Under the pieces are notes generated by a model. The model was not told the origin of the DNA. It did no database searches and saw only the letters and a list, made by a program, of their open reading frames with translations. Of a stretch of 64,000 nt of DNA, positions 1-9,144 are shown in pieces. The translations under genes and the position numbers were made by a program. The stretch is from an uncultured bacterium (GTDB lineage Bacteria > UBP14 > UBA6098): positions 97,725 through 161,724 of the forward strand of contig CAZSHG010000004.1 in assembly GCA_964606695.1 (NCBI GenBank), written 5' to 3'. Position 1 is the first letter of the stretch, and each line of letters starts with the position of its first letter.

Positions 1-484
1 TACGCGGATTGCCGTTACTTTCGTGGTATGCCCGAATCAGTAGCAGACCTGCGAATTCGCCGTGAGCGCCCGCCGCTGGTTGAAGCGTGATAGCGTCGTG
101 CCCAACTATCTCGCAGAGCATCTCCCCCAACTGCGCCATGAGTTCGATAGCGCCGGAAGCGAATTTGCTTCCCGTTAGCGGATGAAGTCCGGTAAAGCCC
201 TTGTTGGCGGCGGCGGACTCGTTCGCTTTGGGATTATATTTCATCGTGCAACTGCCGAGAGGATAGAATCCTTTGTCCACGTGATGATTCAGGTTGGACA
301 ACCTGACGAAATGCCGCATGACATCGATTTCGGCCAATTCCGGCAAGCCTATATCGCCCTTTCGACGCATATTATCTGGAATATTTTCCATAGTTTCCGG
401 GACGTCCAGTTCCGGCAAATTTGTCCCGCGAACGCCCGAACGTGAAAGTTCGAAGATCGTCTTTTCGATTATTCTATCCGCCAT
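1..484 (-). CDS. gcvPB: Glycine dehydrogenase (decarboxylating) subunit 2 (GcvPB), N-terminal part only. The gene runs off the window start, with the ATG at 484..482 on the minus strand.
   Basis: Manual minus-strand translation from 484 gives MADRIIEKTIFELSRSGVRGTNLPELDVPETMENIPDNMRRKGDIGLPELAEIDVMRHFVRLSNLNHHVDKGFYPLGSCTMKYNPKANE..., a typical GcvPB N-terminus. The start overlaps the upstream gene's stop (TAATG). It is not in the ORF track because the ORF is cut by the window edge. Confidence 0.75.
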   Translation of the reverse strand, partial: MADRIIEKTIFELSRSGVRGTNLPELDVPETMENIPDNMRRKGDIGLPELAEIDVMRHFVRLSNLNHHVDKGFYPLGSCTMKYNPKANESAAANKGFTGLHPLTGSKFASGAIELMAQLGEMLCEIVGHDAITLQPAAGAHGEFAGLLLIRAYHESNGNPR

Positions 485-2457
485 TATTCTACCTCTTCAG
501 GTTCTACATTTTTTTCCAGTATTATTTTCTCGAGTAATATCATCCGATTTTTCGGGGATTTATACGCCCGCAGTAAATCTCTCGCGACGGAGTAATCTTC
601 TGTCTCGATCCAGCAATCACTAATCTTAAGAGTTATGTCATAAGTAACGTAATCGCCGTCCTGAGAAGAATTTACGGTTATCTCGCCGAAATTATTTGAT
701 ATAGACATCGGTTCGCTGACCCATGCAATTCGATATCCCGGCGGGATTTTGACATCGAAATGATATTTCTCCTCGAAGGGCGTCGAGAGCACAAGAGGTT
801 CTTCGCGTTCGTCGAGGCTCGTAACGATTTCCATAGTCGCAAAATCCAGAGGGTTTTCCGGGAAATTGAAGATCATCATTTCATCCTGGATAAAGGCGTA
901 TTCTTCCGTTTCGAAATCGACTTTCAGTGTCGGTGTATCGCCGAGATTATCGATACCTTCAATCTCGAAAGGTTTTTCACCCACCAGTTTGCCTCCACCG
1001 AGATTGGACACGAAACTCTCGACTTTCTGTTCTCGTCTTCGCGGCGATGCGTCGTGGAAAATATCCCGGTAATCTATGGCATAATTGCCGAAGAAGGCGG
1101 CGGCCATACTTCCGGTCATCTCGCCCCTTTCACCTATTTCGATATCGAAACCGAGGACAATATTATTTTCCCCGGAATTTATTTTCGGCACCTCGACGAG
1201 TTCGCCTTTGCCTGGACTGACCAGCAGTGCGGTCTCGCCGTCAAAGCCGGGTAAGTAGCCTGCTGGCGTGTATTCGTCCTCCGTCCAGAGCCAGATTCTC
1301 TCGCCGTTATCCGGGTCGTTTACGGTAACTATCATCCTCGATAACTGCCCTATGGCCGGAACGTCTTTTTCAATTTGCACGTTGCGCGGCGAAAGCAGTG
1401 CGATTTTCGGATCGAAACCACTTGCTTTCAGCAATGCAGAAAGGACTACGGTTCTGTCGCGAGTATCGCCGTAGCCGTTTTCGAGGACTGTGGAAGCTTT
1501 GTTTGGTATATATCCAGCGTCGCCGAGTTCCAGCTCGATGAACTTGATATTCCGCGCCACCCAGTATGTAAGCGAGTCTATGGCCGTTCTACCCGCGAGA
1601 GTTCCCAGAATCTCATCCGTTTTGGCCTGCACAGTCTCATCCACGAGAATCTTCGGTGCAACCCGCTTCTGGATATAGTCCGCGGCGAGTGTCCAGTTCT
1701 TTATCGTTGTGTAATACACCGCCGGGAATACGTTCCTGCCGCGCGGTCCTTGCGGTTCGGGCACAAAGCCATCGTAATCCTCGATTGTCCATGTATATAT
1801 GTTACCTTCTATCATCGGTTCCGGCGCGCCGTTGGCCGATTTGAAAATAAGTTTCCGACCTTCAGGGACGATTATCGTGAGCTTGTAAAATAGAATCGGA
1901 GTCTCCTGAGCGAGTATCTCGATGCCGCCGAAGGGCTTTTTAGGCGTGTCAGTCGTGATTATCTCCGCGCCGATATCGACTATGGACGAATCGTCCACGC
2001 CGGGTAAAGTTACAACGCGCTGTTGAAGGCTGGCATAGATTCCAGCTCCGGATAATCCGGGCGGTGTGATGTCGTTGATTTCTGTTTCATCGCTAACAAC
2101 CACAGTGAAAATCGAATCGACGGCGGGTGTTATACTTCTTGCGCGTGTGATATTAATCGATTCGAAATCCGTATCGTAGGTGTATTTGACATTGGACATC
2201 TCCTTTTTGCCCATGAAAGTCAGAACCTGCGTTACGTTACGCCACTCAATCTTATATCCGCCGTCCGGGAGAAGCTCGATAGTCTTCTCGCCCCATAAAA
2301 GGACGTGTTTGGCATCGGTGTAATCCTCGCGTGTAGGCGCATCGATCGCCATATCGAACGTCTTTTCGTCGAGAACAGTGTCGGCCTGAGAGGGCACCGC
2401 GTAAATTCCGGATATGATAATCGCGATTGAGAATAGTATAATAATCGTCCTTCTCAT
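484..2457 (-). CDS. Secreted transglutaminase-like / DUF3857-type protein (657 aa), with the expected catalytic Cys position substituted.
   Basis: N-terminal signal peptide MRRTIIILFSIAIIISGIYAVPSQA. The region GYGDTRDRTVVLSALLKASGFDPKIALL aligns with the transglutaminase-core G-x-C-x-D...L-R-x-x-G motif of the neighbouring paralog but has T in place of C. The ORF is translationally coupled on both sides. Confidence 0.55.
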   Translation of the reverse strand: MRRTIIILFSIAIIISGIYAVPSQADTVLDEKTFDMAIDAPTREDYTDAKHVLLWGEKTIELLPDGGYKIEWRNVTQVLTFMGKKEMSNVKYTYDTDFESINITRARSITPAVDSIFTVVVSDETEINDITPPGLSGAGIYASLQQRVVTLPGVDDSSIVDIGAEIITTDTPKKPFGGIEILAQETPILFYKLTIIVPEGRKLIFKSANGAPEPMIEGNIYTWTIEDYDGFVPEPQGPRGRNVFPAVYYTTIKNWTLAADYIQKRVAPKILVDETVQAKTDEILGTLAGRTAIDSLTYWVARNIKFIELELGDAGYIPNKASTVLENGYGDTRDRTVVLSALLKASGFDPKIALLSPRNVQIEKDVPAIGQLSRMIVTVNDPDNGERIWLWTEDEYTPAGYLPGFDGETALLVSPGKGELVEVPKINSGENNIVLGFDIEIGERGEMTGSMAAAFFGNYAIDYRDIFHDASPRRREQKVESFVSNLGGGKLVGEKPFEIEGIDNLGDTPTLKVDFETEEYAFIQDEMMIFNFPENPLDFATMEIVTSLDEREEPLVLSTPFEEKYHFDVKIPPGYRIAWVSEPMSISNNFGEITVNSSQDGDYVTYDITLKISDCWIETEDYSVARDLLRAYKSPKNRMILLEKIILEKNVEPEEVE

Positions 2458-4466
2458 TACGCATCACCCCCTTTTTCGAGTATAATCATCCCCTGACCGG
2501 CATTCTCCATTCGTTTGACCGCCTTTCGATAATCTGGATATTCGTCGGCAGGAATCACAGGCTTTTTAATCATAAAGGACGATTTATAAGTAACGACGTC
2601 GCCCTCCAATGTGTAATCCATTGCGAATGAAGATGGAGCTTCATCGAGCATAATCCTATCGGGAAGCGATTTTGCCGCGTAACCTCCGGGAAGCACGATT
2701 GTCTCTTCCAATATACTGCCAATTGTAAACTGTATGTTCAGGGGAAATTCCCTCTCCGTTAGAGTCGTTGTTTGGGTCAATAATAAACCGATTATATCGA
2801 AAGCGTAAGTCGATAGGGGCGATTTCACCAGAAGATAATCCCCCGCGACAATCGCGTAATCGGGTATCTCGTATTCGATCGTCATGTTCACGGGTTCCCA
2901 GAGGTTATCGATAGGCTCAGGGGAAACTTCGAGTTTTGTGATTTTTGCCGAGGGATGCACGGCATTCTTGACCATCTGCGTCCAGAATCTTTCCTGTTGG
3001 GTAGGTTCCATTTGCTGGAATATCAGTCGCAGAACCTGATCGTAAAAGCCTTTGGCGTTGATAGTTACAGCGCTCTTAAACGTTCCGTCGGGGAAGATTT
3101 CGCTGTTCGCTGTAATTTTGCCCGCCTGCGTTTCCGGCGGTAGAATCGGATGATACATCAGGTCCTCGCCCTCCGGCGTGCATATCAACGCGGCTTTCTT
3201 CATGTGATAGGCCGGAAGCATATCCATGCAAAGGGCGTCCGTAGGATCCATCCAGTGCTCGTTGCCCTCGCGGTCGTAACAAACGACTATCATGTGGTTG
3301 AACTGGTTCGCCGCAACCTCTTTATGCACGTGATTTAACGGATTCGATAACGCCACGTAGGATTTAAATCCCGCTTCTTCTAACATAACCGCCAGCAGGG
3401 CGGATTTGTCTTTGCAAACTCCGGCCTGTGCCTCGAAAGTCTCGCAAACGTCGTGCGGGGTGATCCCCTCCTTCGCACCGAGTGAAAGCCCGATGTAACG
3501 AATATCCTGCGCTGTGTAATACGCTATAGCGCGAATACTGTCGATGTCGCTTTTCTGATCCTTCACCAGTTCGGCCACTTTAGCTACTATAACTTCGTTA
3601 GCTATCATATTCGGTTGAGAAAGTTCGTAAACCTTGCGCGAATATTCCTGCCAGGTTACGTTCGATGCGAGGATTTTTGTCAGGAATTCGCTTACTGGCG
3701 GCATTCCGTCCTCGGTGATAGCCATCGGGAAACTGTCGCCTTCCCAATGGTAAATCCGCAGGGAATCCTCGATAATCTTTTCGGCGAAACTCACTCGTCC
3801 TTCCGGGTCATTGTATATTTTCCAGTTCATTTCCTCGGAATATGGCACCACGAGTGCGGCCTCCGCGTGCATTACGGGTTCGGTGCTCTGGAAACCGGCG
3901 CGGTAATCCATCATATCTTCCAACATTGGTTGGACGGTTTCGAACCTTATAGCGAACTCCAACCCGCATCCAACCTCGAGTTCCGGCAGATGGATCACCT
4001 TCTGGCGTAGGTTCGACCAGTAGATGTCCATCTCGGCGTAACCTTCGAGAGTTTCGTCGGTTATGTCCTCTTCCCCGACCGTTACTACGCTGGAATCGGG
4101 ATATATAACGCGGACGTAAATGATATCCAGCGTCATCTGCTGTGTATCGTAACCGATGGGAATCGTCGTGTAATCCTTGGTAGCTTTCATAGTGAGTAAT
4201 TTCGTCAGAGAGTAAGATGACGAAACCTGGTTGCCGTCTGGATGGAAATAGGAAGAATCGGACTGAAACACGGTAACTGTATGGGCATTCGGCCAATCGT
4301 GGCGCGCCCCGGCGGACTCAAGGAGTTGCATAATTTGCGGGGAAGCTTTAGTTACAGGCTCTCTCGACCATCGATCGATGAGGAACGCTTTGCCCCCACC
4401 ACAACCGGCCAGTATGAACGCCAGCGTAATAGCGATAAGGATTAGACAATTATTTCTCTTAAGCAT
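2457..4466 (-). CDS. Transglutaminase-like cysteine-protease-fold lipoprotein (669 aa, DUF3857-like N-terminal region).
   Basis: Lipoprotein signal with lipobox (LAFILAGCGGG). Transglutaminase-like core motif GVCKDKSALLAVMLEEAGFKSYVALSNP. The start overlaps the gcvPA stop by 8 nt. Confidence 0.65.
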   Translation of the reverse strand: MLKRNNCLILIAITLAFILAGCGGGKAFLIDRWSREPVTKASPQIMQLLESAGARHDWPNAHTVTVFQSDSSYFHPDGNQVSSSYSLTKLLTMKATKDYTTIPIGYDTQQMTLDIIYVRVIYPDSSVVTVGEEDITDETLEGYAEMDIYWSNLRQKVIHLPELEVGCGLEFAIRFETVQPMLEDMMDYRAGFQSTEPVMHAEAALVVPYSEEMNWKIYNDPEGRVSFAEKIIEDSLRIYHWEGDSFPMAITEDGMPPVSEFLTKILASNVTWQEYSRKVYELSQPNMIANEVIVAKVAELVKDQKSDIDSIRAIAYYTAQDIRYIGLSLGAKEGITPHDVCETFEAQAGVCKDKSALLAVMLEEAGFKSYVALSNPLNHVHKEVAANQFNHMIVVCYDREGNEHWMDPTDALCMDMLPAYHMKKAALICTPEGEDLMYHPILPPETQAGKITANSEIFPDGTFKSAVTINAKGFYDQVLRLIFQQMEPTQQERFWTQMVKNAVHPSAKITKLEVSPEPIDNLWEPVNMTIEYEIPDYAIVAGDYLLVKSPLSTYAFDIIGLLLTQTTTLTEREFPLNIQFTIGSILEETIVLPGGYAAKSLPDRIMLDEAPSSFAMDYTLEGDVVTYKSSFMIKKPVIPADEYPDYRKAVKRMENAGQGMIILEKGGDA

Positions 4467-5811
4467 TAAGAACCTCCGTCGCGACCTCGACGAAATTATC
4501 CATTTCGAAACGCGATCTCTTTTCAGTTACTGCAATCAGTAACTCGTTTTCCCTTTCGGGATAGAACTTTCGCATTGGAATGCCCGCCAGAAAACCCTCC
4601 GCCGCCATCGTCTCTACGAATTCCGTCGCAGACATGGGTAGTTTTACAGCGAATTCGCGGAAGAAGGGATCGTCGTGGAGTAATTCGATTCCATTTATTT
4701 CGGTGAGCTTTTTCGCGAGGTAATGCGCCTTATGATAGCACTGCGAGGATATTTCCACGAATCCTTTTTCGCCTACGAGCGACATGTAAACGGTTACCGC
4801 GAGAGCGCACAGAGCTTCGTTCGTGCAGATATTGCTGGTTGCTTTCTCGCGGCGTATATGCTGTTCGCGGGTTTGGAGCGTCATAACGAAACCGCGGGTG
4901 CCTTTGTCGTCCGTGGATGCGCCTATAAGGCGCCCGGGCATCTTGCGGATGTGCTTTTCCCTCGCACCGAAGAAACCGATATAGGGTCCTCCGAATCCGA
5001 CAGGATTGCCCATCGACTGGGCTTCGCCGACGGCGATATCCGCGCCGTATTCGCCCGGTGGTGTCAGCATACCCAGCGAAATCGGATCGACCGCGGCAAG
5101 AAGTTCCGCGCCGGATTCCTCGATGGCTTTATCAAAAGCGAAACCGTCCTCGATACATCCGACAAAATTCGGATTCTGGATTATCGCCGCGGCTATCGTA
5201 TTGTCGGCCATTTCGGCGAGTTTCGCGTAATCCGTAACGCCGCCCTTCGCGGGCACAGTAATCAGATCGATTCCGGTGGGATATGTATATGTCCGCAGGA
5301 CTTTCAAATAATGGGGATGAAGATGTTCGGGCACCAGGATTTTTTCGCGGCGTTTCTCGCCTACCGCCATCAACACGGCTTCCGCGAGTGCCGTCGGGCC
5401 GTCATACATGCTGGCGTTGGCCACGTCCATCCCGGTTAATCTGGCAATCAGCGACTGGAACTCGAATATCGCCTGAAGGGTTCCCTGCGATACCTCCGCC
5501 TGGTAGGGAGTGTATGCCGTCGCGAATTCCGGTCTCGAGGTTATATGTTCCACCGCCGCCGGGATATAGTGATCGTAAGCCCCCGCTCCGAGGAAACTCA
5601 CGAAAGCGTTCGAATCTGCATTTGTCGCCGATAACGCCCAGGCTTCGGCAAGAGCTTCCATTTCGCTTATCGGCTCGGGAAGTTTCGGTAATCGTTGCGA
5701 TATTAGTTCATCCGGGACGGCATCTCGAATGAGTTCTTGAATCGAACCATAGCCCATCGCCTCGAGCATCGCCTTGCGGTCCTCGGGCGTGTTTGGTATG
5801 TATCCCATAAT
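4459..5811 (-). CDS. gcvPA: Glycine dehydrogenase (decarboxylating) subunit 1 (GcvPA). The likely true start is MGYIPNTPEDRKAML at 5811; the ORF track extends it to 5904.
   Basis: Strong family-level similarity across the whole ORF (MGYIPNTPEDRKAMLEAMGY..., PLP-dependent fold). The ATG at 5811..5809 lies 5 nt after the gcvH stop. Confidence 0.9.
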   Translation of the reverse strand: MMGYIPNTPEDRKAMLEAMGYGSIQELIRDAVPDELISQRLPKLPEPISEMEALAEAWALSATNADSNAFVSFLGAGAYDHYIPAAVEHITSRPEFATAYTPYQAEVSQGTLQAIFEFQSLIARLTGMDVANASMYDGPTALAEAVLMAVGEKRREKILVPEHLHPHYLKVLRTYTYPTGIDLITVPAKGGVTDYAKLAEMADNTIAAAIIQNPNFVGCIEDGFAFDKAIEESGAELLAAVDPISLGMLTPPGEYGADIAVGEAQSMGNPVGFGGPYIGFFGAREKHIRKMPGRLIGASTDDKGTRGFVMTLQTREQHIRREKATSNICTNEALCALAVTVYMSLVGEKGFVEISSQCYHKAHYLAKKLTEINGIELLHDDPFFREFAVKLPMSATEFVETMAAEGFLAGIPMRKFYPERENELLIAVTEKRSRFEMDNFVEVATEVLNA

Positions 5812-5815
5812 ACTC

Positions 5816-6190
5816 CTACTCGATAAGATCCGTGTAATCTTTCGCGGAAAGAAGCTCGTCCAGTTCGGTAGTATCGGACATCTTAACCTTGATGAACCAG
5901 CCACCCTCGTAAGGCTCCTGGTTGACCAATTCGGGTGTTCCCTCGAGAGATTCGTTTATCTCCATAACCTCTCCGGAAACAGGCGCGTAAACGTCATTTA
6001 CGGCCTTTACCGCCTCAATCGTTCCCATCGATTCGAACTGGGTAACCATATCTCCTATTTCGGGTAACTCGACGTAAACGACGTCGCCCAACTCGCTCTG
6101 GGCATAATCCGTAATACCGATTGTGGCGATATCGCCATCGACCTTTACCCATTCATGTTCTTTGGTGAATTTTAGATCCTGAGGAACCAT
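5816..6190 (-). CDS. gcvH: Glycine cleavage system H protein (lipoyl carrier).
   Basis: 124 aa with KFTKEHEWVKVDGDIATIGITDYAQSELGDVVYVELPEIGD and the lipoyl-lysine context ESMGTIEAVKAVNDVYAP, typical of GcvH. Confidence 0.9.
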   Translation of the reverse strand: MVPQDLKFTKEHEWVKVDGDIATIGITDYAQSELGDVVYVELPEIGDMVTQFESMGTIEAVKAVNDVYAPVSGEVMEINESLEGTPELVNQEPYEGGWFIKVKMSDTTELDELLSAKDYTDLIE

Positions 6191-6311
6191 GTCTCCTCCT
6201 CTTCTGGTTATATGACCTATCGGTCATTTTCAACTCATTTAGAACCTTAAATATAGGAATCGTTTTATTAATTGCAAAGTATTTTTCGGCAAATATATCG
6301 CTAAAAACATC

Positions 6312-6341
6312 TTGCGAATCCCGGTAATCGAATTATATAAT
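6312..6341 (+). promoter_or_regulatory. Candidate sigma70-like promoter (TTGCGA, about 17-18 nt spacer, TATAAT) for the small-ORF/comEC operon.
   Basis: TTGCGA at 6312-6317 and TATAAT at 6336-6341 sit in the divergent intergenic region between gcvH and the comEC operon. The match is to the E. coli consensus, which may not hold for this lineage. Confidence 0.2.
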
Positions 6342-6367
6342 TAAATGTCAACGATTAGACCCTGGAA

Positions 6368-6634
6368 ATGGAACCGAAAATGAGACGTGAACAATTATTA
6401 CAGGCCCTTGAAGAACTTGCCGCAAAAATCGGCATCGAAGTCCGTTATGAAAAAATGGGCACGATTTTGGGTGGGCTTTGTCGTATCCACGACGGTAAAG
6501 TTATACTCATCAATAAAAACCTTTCCGACGCGTCCAGGGTCGAATTGCTTTCCTCCGAACTTGCGCTGGAAAGCGAAAAACTCGAAAAGGTCTATGTTCT
6601 TCCTGAGGTTCGCGAAATACTTGGTCTGTCGTGA
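6368..6634 (+). CDS. Hypothetical small protein (88 aa), translationally coupled to comEC.
   Basis: ORF with no recognisable motif. Its stop overlaps the comEC start (ATGA at 6631-6634). Confidence 0.4.
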   Translation: MEPKMRREQLLQALEELAAKIGIEVRYEKMGTILGGLCRIHDGKVILINKNLSDASRVELLSSELALESEKLEKVYVLPEVREILGLS

Positions 6635-9087
6635 AACCCGCCAGGACTCCCCCAACACCTTTACTTATGGCCTTTGGTCTAATAGCGGTCGGTATCGTCT
6701 TAGCCAGGATGATATTTCCCCAGAGCGAAAAGGGCATTATCGTATTCGGTGCGATATCCATTCTCGCCTGCGTTGTAGCAATTCTGACGGCTTCATTCAG
6801 TAAAGGGAAAATCAAGCTGGCCGCCTTTATTACCATCGTTATTGGATTAATTTCGTTCGGCGGTTATCGTTACGAGCTGTGGAGCCGAATTCCAGAAAGC
6901 GACGTCAGTCGTCTCAACGGACGTGAAGTGCGGTTATACGGCGCAATCACAAGCGACATCGAACTTAGCGAAGATCGTCAGCGGTTCGAATTATCGGCCG
7001 ATTCGGTCGAAATCCAGGATACTATGGTCATCGCCATTGGTAAAATCCGCATTTATCTTTATCAGGCAAGACCACTCGCTTACGGCGATTATATAGCTAT
7101 TAACGTGAAACTCCAGGAACCCTGGCGCGCGACAAACCCTTATGCCTACGATTTCAAAAAATCCCTGGAATCCAAAGGAATCCGTTCGATTGCTTTCGTC
7201 TATCGGGATAGGAATGTTAGACTTCTCGATAGTTCCGGCGGAAGCTTCTTTTTATCGGACATCGTCAATCCCCTGCGCCGGCACATTGAAAAGACAATAG
7301 ACGCCAATCTTCACGGCGACTCGGCGGCACTGTTGAAAGGCCTTATGCTGGGGCTTGGACGAAAGCTCCCCGACGATGTCCGCGACGCTTTCGCAGATTC
7401 TGGAACGGTGCACATCCTTGCTGTCAGCGGTTTGCACGTCGGCATTATAGCCGGATTGGCGTGGTTACTTTTCGCTTCGATAATCCGTATTCCACGGGGA
7501 ATAAGCGCGGTTATGACAATCGTGTTGCTCGCGGTTTTCGCCGGGCTGGTTGGAGGAAGGCCATCAGTTCTACGTGCGGCTTTCATGTTCTCGATTATTA
7601 TCGTCGGTGCTTCGCTAAATAAGCCCCCCAATTTACTTAATTCGATAGGTGCGGCAGGCGCGGTTCTGCTCGCAATAAAGCCAATCTGGATAGGCGACAT
7701 AGGCTTTCAGCTTAGTTTCGGCGCTACGCTCGGAATAGCCTATTTATTGCCAAAATTCCAATCCTGGCTACCGGAAAAATATCAGAAAGCGAATTTCGCA
7801 GGAACATGGATCATTTCCCCATTCCTGGTTTCGCTTTCTGCAACCCTTGGCACCGCGCCGCTTGTGGCCTGGCATTTCCACCGTTTCCAGCTAATTGGCC
7901 CCATAGCCAACCTTGTCGTCCTACCGCCGCTTGGAATAATTATTGGTTACGGAATCCTGGCTGTGATATTCCAACCGATTTTGCCTTTTTTAACGAAACT
8001 TTTCCTCGCCGTAGATTGGTTATTCTTGAGGATTTACCTGCTTAATGCCGTGAAGTTTTTCGCGTCGTTACCATTTGCTTATTTGACATTTCCCCACCCC
8101 TCTTTTACCTGGGTGGTTTTCTATTATGTAGTCCTCGTCGCAAGCCCGGTATTGCTCCAGAAACTCAACCGAAAATATCTCGCGGCGATAGGTTACATAG
8201 CAATTACCGCGTTAGCCCTGTTGTTGGGCAGGATAACTTCGGTCGAGAGACTTGACGAGGACATTCGCGTAACATTTTTCGACATAGGCCAGGGCGATTG
8301 TGCATTGATTGAATTCGACGACGGGCGTGAGATGCTTATCGACGGCGGTCAACCAGGTAACGTGGATTTCAGTGTTGTGCCATATCTACAAGCACGGGGA
8401 TTAAAACGAATCGACGCAGTTGTGATGACCCACTCCGATGCCGACCACGTCGGCGGGTTACGCGACCTGCAAAACGATTTCGAATACGGCACGATCTATG
8501 TCCCATACGCAACTTACACCAGCAACCTGCATCGCCGTTTCATCGAATACGCCGATTCGCTCGGCACACTTGTCGAACTGCTTTCCCTCAGTGAACATAT
8601 CCACGATTTCCCGGAATTGGAAGTCCTCTGGCCGGATACGTTATCCGTATCGCCGGAAGGATCCCTTCTGGTGAATGCCAACGAGGGATCTATCGTTCTC
8701 ATGTTGAAATCGGGCGAAGCGGAAGTTTTCTTTGCAGGAGATATCGGTATCCCCACCGAACGAAGTATAGTCGAATTGGCGGACATCGAATGCGATGTCG
8801 TGAAAGTCCCTCATCACGGAAGTAAATACTCCACCGCCGAAGAGATGGTCAAAGAAACAACTCCTCTTCTGGCGGTAATCTCAGTCGGAGCTAAAAACCG
8901 TTTCGGTCATCCGGCGGATAGGGTTATCGAAGACTACAGAAAAGCCGGCAGTGAAGTCCTCCGCACCGATAAGCATGGCGCGGTGATTCTATCAATCGAT
9001 AAGGGTAAGATTAAATACCGAAGCTATCTTGGCAAATCCGGAGTCTTTAACGCAACCGACCAACCTCATCAAACAAACGTCGAATAA
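6631..9087 (+). CDS. comEC: DNA internalization-related competence protein ComEC/Rec2 (polytopic membrane channel plus C-terminal metallo-beta-lactamase domain).
   Basis: 818 aa with multiple TM helices. The competence-domain region (HILAVSGLHVGIIAG) and C-terminal MBL motif (VVMTHSDADHVGG ... VKVPHHGS) match the canonical ComEC architecture. Confidence 0.85.
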   Translation: MKPARTPPTPLLMAFGLIAVGIVLARMIFPQSEKGIIVFGAISILACVVAILTASFSKGKIKLAAFITIVIGLISFGGYRYELWSRIPESDVSRLNGREVRLYGAITSDIELSEDRQRFELSADSVEIQDTMVIAIGKIRIYLYQARPLAYGDYIAINVKLQEPWRATNPYAYDFKKSLESKGIRSIAFVYRDRNVRLLDSSGGSFFLSDIVNPLRRHIEKTIDANLHGDSAALLKGLMLGLGRKLPDDVRDAFADSGTVHILAVSGLHVGIIAGLAWLLFASIIRIPRGISAVMTIVLLAVFAGLVGGRPSVLRAAFMFSIIIVGASLNKPPNLLNSIGAAGAVLLAIKPIWIGDIGFQLSFGATLGIAYLLPKFQSWLPEKYQKANFAGTWIISPFLVSLSATLGTAPLVAWHFHRFQLIGPIANLVVLPPLGIIIGYGILAVIFQPILPFLTKLFLAVDWLFLRIYLLNAVKFFASLPFAYLTFPHPSFTWVVFYYVVLVASPVLLQKLNRKYLAAIGYIAITALALLLGRITSVERLDEDIRVTFFDIGQGDCALIEFDDGREMLIDGGQPGNVDFSVVPYLQARGLKRIDAVVMTHSDADHVGGLRDLQNDFEYGTIYVPYATYTSNLHRRFIEYADSLGTLVELLSLSEHIHDFPELEVLWPDTLSVSPEGSLLVNANEGSIVLMLKSGEAEVFFAGDIGIPTERSIVELADIECDVVKVPHHGSKYSTAEEMVKETTPLLAVISVGAKNRFGHPADRVIEDYRKAGSEVLRTDKHGAVILSIDKGKIKYRSYLGKSGVFNATDQPHQTNVE

Positions 9088-9144
9088 ACCAAATTTAAAA
9101 TTATTTCACTTCTAAATTGACAGGGAGAGGTATTTCATATAATA

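Noticed and set aside
182-623. Plus-strand ORFs 182..445 and 294..623 at the window start.
   Set aside because: They are antisense to the clearly recognisable gcvPB N-terminal coding sequence on the minus strand.
4723-5439. 238-aa plus-strand ORF inside gcvPA.
   Set aside because: It is antisense to a high-confidence gcvPA gene. Its Arg/Gly-rich translation has no motif.
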